Notes under the pieces: generated by a model
The model's database searches: none
Seen by the model: the letters and a program-made list of their open reading frames with translations, nothing else
Told to the model about the DNA's origin: nothing
Part shown: in pieces, positions 57,101 through 64,000 of the stretch
How positions within the stretch are numbered: the first letter of the stretch is position 1
Layout of the letters: every line of letters begins with the position of its first letter
Assembly (NCBI GenBank): GCA_963667035.1
Contig: OY762964.1
Location: 1,248,001 to 1,312,000, forward strand
DNA length: 64,000 bases
Source of the DNA: Candidatus Cloacimonadales bacterium
GTDB taxonomy: Bacteria; Cloacimonadota; Cloacimonadia; Cloacimonadales; JAFGVF01
Direction of reading: 5' to 3'
Translations under genes and position numbers: made by a program

Positions 57101-57622
57101 ACCAATCATAAGAATACCTGGTCTTGAATCAGGTAGATTTCTTAAGTAGGATTCATTAAAATTAAGAGCTATATCCTCGTATGACTGTCTGAAAGCAGAA
57201 GAAATCTCAGTAGGAATAGCTACAGAATTTTTTGCTACCAAATCATATTCAAGCTCAGAGATAATTGAACTACTTCCGTCATCATTTCCAATTTGCTCAT
57301 CAATAGTTACATCAAAAGCATACATTTCACGCATCACAAAGCTATCTGTGATTCTAACACGATCAGTATCTGCATTGCGAAGAGTCTCTAATAAATTACC
57401 GTTTGAATCTCTTCTTTCAACAACCATCTTGTTGATTCTAATCTCAGCTTCAGTAGCCGGGAGTATGAATGTTTCGACAGTAGATCTGTTCTCCTCTGTT
57501 TGCAGAGAGCTCGAATAAGTAACACTCACCCTGTTTTCTGCTGTTCTTACACTCATATCAGCTGAAGCAAAACAGGCCGCAACTACAGCTAACATGACAA
57601 TAATGACTAAAAATCGTTTCAT
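54146..57622 (-). CDS. Gingipain-like C25-family protein with FlgD/secretion-type C-terminal domain
   Basis: Signal peptide; YLIIFGD, DNYY, PEMIVGRMS, YRGWG and VCNTG; PTGPDAYGY; C-terminal NYPNPFNPTTTI..WNGTD..ASGIYLYKL. Confidence 0.82.
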   Translation of the reverse strand: MKRFLVIIVMLAVVAACFASADMSVRTAENRVSVTYSSSLQTEENRSTVETFILPATEAEIRINKMVVERRDSNGNLLETLRNADTDRVRITDSFVMREMYAFDVTIDEQIGNDDGSSSIISELEYDLVAKNSVAIPTEISSAFRQSYEDIALNFNESYLRNLPDSRPGILMIGRPGIENYLTSFINWKRSLGFNVHFADTDECGGNTLTAIDAYVENYYNEHHPEYLIIFGDTVGEEFHIPTNFFGSPDGQENDADDNYYTMIEGNDSMPEMIVGRMSFNDIGQLLTMVNKTVMYESNPFLGDPSWLNKALMVAGNYAEGGLQPSTPTLTCDFFAELFERDGFTVDKVYYPPHELAASLIRQYLANGRSYVIYRGWGDATGWHYPRFHKDDFGNLNNGPKMPIVLSIVCNTGDFANATHVECFGEYWMHLGQPTVPNGCVAFVGPSDLHTRTALNNSFSTGIVDAICNKGERSFGAAVLAGKVEIYKNFPLERQTGGYVPFYNHIYAILSDPSLRIWYGIPQAIADNLPSEIDRATSSIVIDYPGLDGAVVTGTKDGINFTYAKVINGRAILPIDTVTDGDLTVTISKKNWVPLKKTVLVSESTDNITVIGNSINNSEYLIAGEPMEVTFALKNLSANSYDNVTATLSSTNDEVSSISSAVNVGTLTSGAETTATFTVELSGAILPHNVIEMDLAIAPTNNVEKFSYKIGGHALTVTPVTSTVSIGSESNVTVSVTNIGVSNVDGEIDVRSLCDAATISSNIIDNFALASGESTQVSFNVNVNSACFRGRSLPFAFVTTDDNGYETTSHFSITAGTVDNTAPTGPDAYGYYAYDSNDTDWEQAPTYEWIEIDPRDGGQGTVHEITDDESIDMDLPFTFRYYGVDYNSITACSNGWISFIQTWMSNFDNLYIPSPLGPYAMVAPYWEDLKGTQIETDVFNDMRLVTWHDVANNRFIIEWNDAYNRYTLTYENPSLEKFQLILYPQADNDGELVVMYHTVDNPAVNTLSNYSTVGIENHTQTDGLTYSFANSYPASASELTAGLAVKFTTSAPDTFVSNDEDVNPEVIGTTLLNNYPNPFNPTTTIGFNMAKPGAARLDIYNQRGQHVATIANGKFPAGRQTFVWNGTDNEGNGVASGIYLYKLQAGTYTKTRKMILIK

Positions 57623-57679
57623 TTAGTTCCTCCATTTATAAAAATTAGGTTCATTCATTCTTAAAATATCAATTCGCAA

Positions 57680-58939
57680 TTATTGTTCCAATACAGTAAA
57701 GCGTTGGCCTTTGATGTATATTTTTTCGCAATTGCTAGATCCGAAGTGGTAAGGAAGGAATCCAAAACTAGGCATATCCATGACCAAAAAGTTAGCTTGT
57801 TTGCCTTTTTCCAGTGATCCTACCTTATCTCCCATGCCAATAGCATAGGCTGCGTTTATAGTTGTAGCAATTATAGCTTCTGCTGGTAACATCTTCATTT
57901 GAAGACAACCTAAAGTAGCTATAATCTGCTGAGAATCGGCATTACAGCTACCTGGATTATAGTCTGTAGCTAAAGCAACAGGTACTCCCAATTCTATCAT
58001 CTTTCTGGCTCTTGCATAACTTTTCATTCCAAGACTAAATATAGTCGCAGGTAACAGGGTTGCAATAACTCCTGCATCAGCCATAGCTTTTATACCTTCA
58101 TCGGAAGCAGCTCCCAGATGATCAGCACTAATGCATCCCATCTCTGCTGCTAATTCGGCTCCACCAATAGGTTCTATCTCATCAGCATGCATCTTTAACT
58201 CAAGTCCAAGTTCTTTGGCTCTTTTCATTACTCTTCTGGATTCTACAATGTTATAGACATGTAACTCGGTAAATATGTCACAGTATCTAGCTATTCCCTG
58301 TTCAGCAACAGCAGGAAGCATTTCGTCTTCCAAAATCTTCAAATATGATTCATGGTCATCCTTATATTCAGGAGGAAACTCATGTGCTCCCATGAAAGTT
58401 GGGACTATATCAATGGGCATTTCATCGTTCAATCTTTTAATGACTTTTAATTGTTTTAACTCTGATTCTGTTGTTAATCCATATCCGCTTTTAGCTTCCA
58501 AAGTAGTTGTCCCCACGCTAATAAGCTTGTTTATTCTCTTTTTAGCTAACTGAAACAATGTTTCCTCGTCTGCATCTCTGGTAGAGTTCATTGTTGAGCG
58601 TATACCGCCACCACTCAAAGATATCTCAACATACGATTTTCCCTGTATTCTCATTGCAAATTCATTCTCACGTGTATCAACAAATATAGGGTGAGTATGA
58701 GGGTCAACGAAACCCGGCATAACCACTCTATCGGTTGCATCAACAACTTCTACCGCTTCATACTTTGAAGTAATATTTTGCGTCTCACCTACTTCTACAA
58801 TTAAACCGTTATTGATAGCCATCGCACCATTCTTAACAATAGCAAGCTCCGACATCTCTTTCCCTCTACGAGGTTCAGGTTTACCTGCAAGTGTAAGTAA
58901 TTCTTTGGCATTAATTACCAATAAATCAACTTTCTGCAT
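57680..58939 (-). CDS. hutI: Imidazolonepropionase
   Basis: PGFVDPHTH, GGGI, EAKSGYGL, HADE, SADHL and ATDYNPGS. Confidence 0.95.
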   Translation of the reverse strand: MQKVDLLVINAKELLTLAGKPEPRRGKEMSELAIVKNGAMAINNGLIVEVGETQNITSKYEAVEVVDATDRVVMPGFVDPHTHPIFVDTRENEFAMRIQGKSYVEISLSGGGIRSTMNSTRDADEETLFQLAKKRINKLISVGTTTLEAKSGYGLTTESELKQLKVIKRLNDEMPIDIVPTFMGAHEFPPEYKDDHESYLKILEDEMLPAVAEQGIARYCDIFTELHVYNIVESRRVMKRAKELGLELKMHADEIEPIGGAELAAEMGCISADHLGAASDEGIKAMADAGVIATLLPATIFSLGMKSYARARKMIELGVPVALATDYNPGSCNADSQQIIATLGCLQMKMLPAEAIIATTINAAYAIGMGDKVGSLEKGKQANFLVMDMPSFGFLPYHFGSSNCEKIYIKGQRFTVLEQ

Positions 58940-60832
58940 CTATTCTCCTATACTCATTTCAAGGTATTCATCTTCAAGTTGCTCAAGTAAATGTTCCTTT
59001 TCATTAATAAGCCTATTCAATTCACTCATTCTATTGTTAAGCTCTTTAACTCTCTCAACATTAGTATAAGTCTCAGGTAAAGCAAATTCTGTCTCAATAT
59101 TACTTTTTTCTGTATTAAAATCATCAATTTGAGAGCTAACAGTCTCAATCTCATCCATCTTCTTCTCGAGAAGAATCGGATTAACTCTCTTCCTTGTTGT
59201 TTTTGGCTTTTGTTGCTTATCACCTACCGATTTATCCTGTAAATCACGGATAATTCTGTCTATAACTTCAACAAACGAATCCTTACTCTCGTTTATGATA
59301 CCTTTAGAGAAATACCATTTCTTGTTGGAAACCTTGTCAATAAAATATCTGTCATGTGAGACAAATACTAAAGTCCCGTCATAATTCCTTAGGGCTTCTT
59401 CCAAACTATCTACCATATATACATCAAGGTGGTTTGTTGGTTCATCCAGAATCAACAGATTAGGCTTTTGATGAATAAGGACTGCTAGCTTCAATCTTGC
59501 TTTTTCGCCCCCACTTAGAGTTCCAACATTCTTATCAACATCATCTCCCCTAAATCCGAATCTTGCAAGATAACCAAGTACATATCCTTGTGTCTCGGCA
59601 GGTACCATTTCCCAAATGGTCTCCATAACTGAAATTGTTGTATTCAATTCTTCCTGCATTTGACCAAAGTAACCTATCTTAAGATTATTGCCAATATATA
59701 AGTCACCGGATAATGGTCTTAAATATCCTAACAATACTTTCAATAATGTGGACTTACCACAACCGTTTGCACCCACAATTGCAATTCTATCTTTGTAGCC
59801 GGCATACAAACTCTCTGCATAAGCCAGTTCTTTTCCCGGATAACCTAGTTTTATATCTGTCATTCTAAAGATATCATTACTGGAACGATACTCACTATCA
59901 AGTCCAAGATTAAATGTTTCCAATGAATCCGGTCTATCCAGTCGTTCTGTTCTTTCTAAAATCTTTCTCCGACCTTGTGCTTGTTTTGTTTTTACACCCG
60001 CAAGATTACGTCTGATGAAGTCCTCTTCTCTGGCAATATACTGTTGTTGAGCTTTCCATAGCTTCTCTTCCAGCAGATGATTTGCTTCAGATTGTTCTAT
60101 AAAAGCAGTGTAATTACCTCTATATTTCTTAGCTTTCTTACCTCTAATTTCAATGATGTTCTTCACAGTCTCATCAAGAAAATATCTGTCATGTGAGATT
60201 ATAATATATGGAGTTGTATTCTTATTCAGATAGTTCTTAAGAAATTCTATCTGAAATGTATCGAGGTGGTTAGTCGGCTCATCAAGAAGCAGCAGATCAT
60301 GAGGAGCAAGCAGTATCTTTGCAAGTTGAATTCTGGACTGCTCTCCCCCGCTAAAACTTGATACGGGACGATACCATTCACTTTCAGGGAAGTTCAAACT
60401 AGTTAAAAGTAGTTTCATCTCCGTTTCAAATGTGAACCCACCCATAAGCTCAAATTGCTGTTGTAGCATTGTCATTTTATTCATAAGCGACTCGTTTGAT
60501 TCTTTCTCCAGTTTGAGATTCAATTCATGTAATTGCTTTTCAATCTCTAACATCTTTGGTCTGGATGTAAGTACTTCTTCCAAAAGTGATTGTGTTTGAT
60601 TCAGTTCATTTTCCTGACGTAGGAATGCCATATCACATTTCCCGGACTTAAGGATCTCTCCTCCCTCGGGAGTAAGTGTTCCCTTTATTAAACTGAATAA
60701 AGTTGTCTTTCCACAACCATTGACACCTACAAGTCCTATTCTGCTATCTTTTTCTATTGAAAGACTTAACTCTTTGAACAGCTCCCTACCGCCGAAACTG
60801 AAATTAAGCCCATTTATGGCTACTAAACTCAC
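58940..60832 (-). CDS. ABC-F family ATP-binding protein
   Basis: Two NBDs (GVNGCGKT, GANGCGKST; two DEPTNHLD), no TM, C-terminal coiled coil; GTG start. Confidence 0.93.
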   Translation of the reverse strand: MSLVAINGLNFSFGGRELFKELSLSIEKDSRIGLVGVNGCGKTTLFSLIKGTLTPEGGEILKSGKCDMAFLRQENELNQTQSLLEEVLTSRPKMLEIEKQLHELNLKLEKESNESLMNKMTMLQQQFELMGGFTFETEMKLLLTSLNFPESEWYRPVSSFSGGEQSRIQLAKILLAPHDLLLLDEPTNHLDTFQIEFLKNYLNKNTTPYIIISHDRYFLDETVKNIIEIRGKKAKKYRGNYTAFIEQSEANHLLEEKLWKAQQQYIAREEDFIRRNLAGVKTKQAQGRRKILERTERLDRPDSLETFNLGLDSEYRSSNDIFRMTDIKLGYPGKELAYAESLYAGYKDRIAIVGANGCGKSTLLKVLLGYLRPLSGDLYIGNNLKIGYFGQMQEELNTTISVMETIWEMVPAETQGYVLGYLARFGFRGDDVDKNVGTLSGGEKARLKLAVLIHQKPNLLILDEPTNHLDVYMVDSLEEALRNYDGTLVFVSHDRYFIDKVSNKKWYFSKGIINESKDSFVEVIDRIIRDLQDKSVGDKQQKPKTTRKRVNPILLEKKMDEIETVSSQIDDFNTEKSNIETEFALPETYTNVERVKELNNRMSELNRLINEKEHLLEQLEDEYLEMSIGE

Positions 60833-61120
60833 TGTTTGCCTCGCTTCTTCTGTTTGCAGTGAATTTATATAGCATTATTTTGTGTCAACTAAAGAATTGA
60901 AGTGAATATAAATCTTCTATATTTAGAATTCTTTCTAATATTGAATACATGTTCGAGTAAACAAATCACTATCTGTTTCCTCATACTGACTTTTATAGCT
61001 TTCGACTCTATCTTTATCATTTGGTTCTAACGTAAATAAATATTTCCCTTTACCGGTAAATCTCCACAAGTCTCGTAGTTGCTAAAAATTCTACCCATAC
61101 AATATCGTATTATAAAATAG

Positions 61121-61143
61121 GGGCACAAAAATCTGTGCCCTTT
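61121..61143. terminator. Terminator-like hairpin downstream of the DUF3825-like gene
   Basis: GGGCACA-AAAATC-TGTGCCC, T-rich on both strands. Confidence 0.65.
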
Positions 61144-61170
61144 GATATTTATGTAAAGTTCTGTACAGTT

Positions 61171-62037
61171 CTACGGTTCAAGCCAATTCTTACCGGTTCT
61201 GGCAATTAATCTTGCATTCATATAAGCCTGATCCATGGTTAGAACTGTTCGAGCAATGTACATTGCTTTATTATTCTCTTCCGAGACTTCCTGTTTATCA
61301 AGCACAATTGTCATATCAGGTTTATTATCATGATTAACTAATGCTACAGGCATAAGTAATTGAATCTTATCTTTATGCCATATTGGTACACTATAATGAT
61401 AATTCCTTCTGATCATCTTTTTGGAAGACTCTACAGCTCCAAACAGAGCATTTCTTATTAGCATAGGATTTTTATTTAACTCGGATGGGAATCTCTCAAT
61501 ATTGTCTTCGATTATATGTTCATAATTAATTTCAAGCTCAAGTCTATAATCAAAAATCAAATCGGCGGGATTAACTATGTATTCAGCTAATTCAGGAGAA
61601 TAGGGATAATACTTCATACGATCGTCGTTCGACTTAATAAAGTCTTGAAAATACCAGTCACATGAGTCACCGTTACCATTAACATTTTTAGAAAATATCG
61701 CATAAATATCGCTACCGTATCTCGTCTGTAATCCGGTGTTAAAACATGCCCAAGAACCATTATTATTAAAAACTATCTTATTTTCATCCTGAAGTCTCAT
61801 GAAAGTGTAATTCAAGTAATTTGTTAAAATCGGGATATCTTGATTTCTATATCTGTTTCTGGTATCTTTATGGGTAAAGTTCCAGCTTTCGGAATCTGCT
61901 AAATCTGCTAATTTTTTAAAAGGTGTCTCCCAGGTCTCTCCGTTTTTGCTATCGAAATAGAAGAAAGCAAAAGCACTTCTATATTCTTGTTCATTGCAAC
62001 GACGGAAAAGGCTGGCATACTTTTTCTTTTCAGACAT
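61171..62037 (-). CDS. DUF3825-like protein
   Basis: IL.NYL.YTF.RL, FNTGL, HII.DN..RFP, QLLMP and AYMNARLI..WL motifs; ATG at 62037 after AAGGAGG. Confidence 0.72.
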   Translation of the reverse strand: MSEKKKYASLFRRCNEQEYRSAFAFFYFDSKNGETWETPFKKLADLADSESWNFTHKDTRNRYRNQDIPILTNYLNYTFMRLQDENKIVFNNNGSWACFNTGLQTRYGSDIYAIFSKNVNGNGDSCDWYFQDFIKSNDDRMKYYPYSPELAEYIVNPADLIFDYRLELEINYEHIIEDNIERFPSELNKNPMLIRNALFGAVESSKKMIRRNYHYSVPIWHKDKIQLLMPVALVNHDNKPDMTIVLDKQEVSEENNKAMYIARTVLTMDQAYMNARLIARTGKNWLEP

Positions 62038-62170
62038 AAAACCTCCTTTATAAATTAATGCCTCACTGAAAATATATGGAAAATTCATGACAAGCAAAAT
62101 TTAAAGCAAATTATCTTGCTAATAATACCTATTTAAGCATTATTGAGTTAGTTTATTGAATGGAGATGTA

Positions 62171-62611
62171 ATGAAAGTAGATTTCTCAAAAACATGGATA
62201 CATTATGTAATTGCTGTACTATATAGCGTTCTTTTCTCAATCTTGGTTATAATGATAGGTAACCTTGGAATAAAAACCCTGATTGGTGCATTTGCTATTT
62301 CATGCCCTTCTTTTCTTTTCGGTATACATGCAATAATGCCGGAAGCCGCTCATGGTGTAAAATTGTTACCAAGTTGGTACAGACGCATATTAGCCAGTTT
62401 CTCTTTTATTATCCCAAGCTTCACAAGCTTTGCTATCGGGATTCAAGAATTGCATCTTTTCCGTGGAAGCAAAGTAACTCTTGAATTCGATAAATCTTTT
62501 TGGATTATTGTAATAATCTGCTATCTTCTCCTCTATAAATTCTTTATTGTCTCAGCTTGGGTATATGAAGGATATAATAATGACAAAAGAAAGGCTAGAA
62601 TAAACAGCTAA
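62171..62611 (+). CDS. Hypothetical 4-TM membrane protein
   Basis: SD GGAG; four hydrophobic segments. Confidence 0.65.
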   Translation: MKVDFSKTWIHYVIAVLYSVLFSILVIMIGNLGIKTLIGAFAISCPSFLFGIHAIMPEAAHGVKLLPSWYRRILASFSFIIPSFTSFAIGIQELHLFRGSKVTLEFDKSFWIIVIICYLLLYKFFIVSAWVYEGYNNDKRKARINS

Positions 62612-62618
62612 GACCTAA

Positions 62619-63386
62619 CTAATTATTCCTTACTTTAATCATTTCAGCCATAATACTTACGGCTATCTCCCAAGGTGTTCTTGAACCTATTTTGATACCA
62701 ATAGGAGCATGGACTCTGTTTATCTGTTCCTCAGTAAATCCTTTCGATAACATGTTATCGAAGATTTCTTTTGTTTTATTCTTACTTCCCATCATACCAA
62801 GGTAATGGATAGGAACATCAATCAATGCCTCTAAGACTTCCTGATCATGTTTATGCCCGAATGTCATTATAACTGCATAAGCCTTCCCTGGATGATCTAT
62901 AACATCAGCTGCATTAGCATACTCAATAACCTTACAACTCTCAGCTTCAGGATGCTTGGTTTTATTAGCCCAATCTTCTCTACTATCTGTTACTACTACT
63001 CTAAAACCACATCTTGAAGCTAGTTTGCATAAAGCAATCCCGCAATGACCTGCCCCAAATATATATAGTACCGGATGCTGATTGAGAGGTTCAATCATGA
63101 CTCTCGCAAGTCCCCCACAAATCATATCATTACTGTTATTCTGTCCTAAATCAAATTCCAATGTCTTTGTTTGTAAAGGCTTCTCTGTACGAACCATTTG
63201 GATAATCTGATACTCTATATCACCACCACCGATTGTCCCATGTACTTCTGATCCATTCTCAGGAATTAGCATTTTCATACCTTCAGATGCAGGAGAAGAT
63301 CCGTTAACTTCGGTAATTGTCACCATCCAAGCCGGTATACTTTCAGTTATAAATTCTGCTAAATGCCTGTAGAAATTATTATTCAT
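62619..63386 (-). CDS. xdhC: XdhC/CoxI family molybdoenzyme maturation factor
   Basis: GSSP, GTIGGG, MICGG, FGAGH, YLGMMGS and APIG..TPWEIAVSI. Confidence 0.9.
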   Translation of the reverse strand: MNNNFYRHLAEFITESIPAWMVTITEVNGSSPASEGMKMLIPENGSEVHGTIGGGDIEYQIIQMVRTEKPLQTKTLEFDLGQNNSNDMICGGLARVMIEPLNQHPVLYIFGAGHCGIALCKLASRCGFRVVVTDSREDWANKTKHPEAESCKVIEYANAADVIDHPGKAYAVIMTFGHKHDQEVLEALIDVPIHYLGMMGSKNKTKEIFDNMLSKGFTEEQINRVHAPIGIKIGSRTPWEIAVSIMAEMIKVRNN

Positions 63387-63927
63387 TTTCATACCCCTTT
63401 ATGTCTCTCTTATAATTAACATTTCTATAAATGCCTATATCGTCACATAAAACATGTAAAGTTTTTCTTTTTTTTATTTGTTCATATAATGGTACTAAAG
63501 GATTTTCCAGTATGGATAATTTAACTGCATTTGATATTGCAATAGGGTGTCCTGATTTGTTGCTAAATACAGGCTTTATGACATCAAAATCATGGCTTGA
63601 ATTAACAAGTAAATCAACCGTTTCTTTCTTTACATACGGGAAATCTACCGGATAGATAAGATAGTAATTATCATCAGAGTAGTTTAATCCCAAAACAATG
63701 CTCTCAATCATGCCTGATTCAGGAGTACTATTCACAACTATCTTCATATTAGAGTAGTGATTAAAACAATAAGCTTCTACTAAAGGATTTACGATAATGA
63801 TAATATCCTTACATCCAAGACAATTCTCAACAGCCTTTTCCAGATATGTCTGAGATTCTATTTTTAATAAAGCTTTGGGGCTACCGATTCTTCGTCCGTA
63901 GCCCCCTGCCAAAATTATTGCTGTAAT
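63379..63927 (-). CDS. MocA/MobA-like molybdenum cofactor nucleotidyltransferase
   Basis: ITAIILAGGYGRRIGSPKALL, PVDFP and GHP; no ATG, first sense codon is ATT at 63927. Confidence 0.8.
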   Translation of the reverse strand: MTAIILAGGYGRRIGSPKALLKIESQTYLEKAVENCLGCKDIIIIVNPLVEAYCFNHYSNMKIVVNSTPESGMIESIVLGLNYSDDNYYLIYPVDFPYVKKETVDLLVNSSHDFDVIKPVFSNKSGHPIAISNAVKLSILENPLVPLYEQIKKRKTLHVLCDDIGIYRNVNYKRDIKGYENE

Positions 63928-63999
63928 CTATAGCTCCTTTAAGAGTCCTGTTTTCTCGTTAAATTCACTAATCAGCCTATCCCATTCATTCACTTGAGA
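63928..63999 (-). CDS. C-terminus of an unidentified gene entering from the window end
   Basis: Open frame SQVNEWDRLISEFNEKTGLLKEL then TAG. Confidence 0.55.
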   Translation of the reverse strand, partial: SQVNEWDRLISEFNEKTGLLKEL

Positions 64000-64000
64000 G

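Noticed and set aside
60930..61070. 44-codon minus-strand frame (LWRFTGKGKY...CIQY)
   Set aside because: No SD or convincing start and no recognisable homology; at most a gene remnant

Overview
AT-rich, gene-dense bacterial chromosomal window. It is probably from an anaerobic FCB-group organism such as Candidatus Cloacimonadota; this is inferred from two large gingipain-like C25 proteins with NYPxPFNP C-terminal domains and from amino-acid fermentation genes. Most of it is core genome: etfA, queE, yicC, rnr, pepD, degP, surE, feoB, kbl, pdxJ, alaS, lon, era, hutI, xdhC. Mobile DNA comprises two near-identical 1663-bp IS1182-family elements, each duplicating an entire host terminator hairpin (26 and 21 bp), a decayed IS200 element, and a REP-like repeat patch with a dead lipoprotein gene. 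The most unusual signals are: (1) four intergenic arrays of units spaced exactly 11 bp apart, three of which flip orientation at their centre, with differing core sequences; (2) an Nqr/Rnf-like B-C-D-E-F operon with no NqrA/RnfC and an extra uncharacterised gene; (3) a candidate sigma54-driven ~65-nt sRNA; (4) an operon encoding a SurE-cNMP fusion, an AI-2E transporter and a serine palmitoyltransferase-like enzyme; (5) TTGAC -35 boxes 47-68 nt upstream of most operon-leading genes, without a TATAAT -10. No tRNA, rRNA or CRISPR array was found. All calls come from reading the sequence by eye; no database searches were run.
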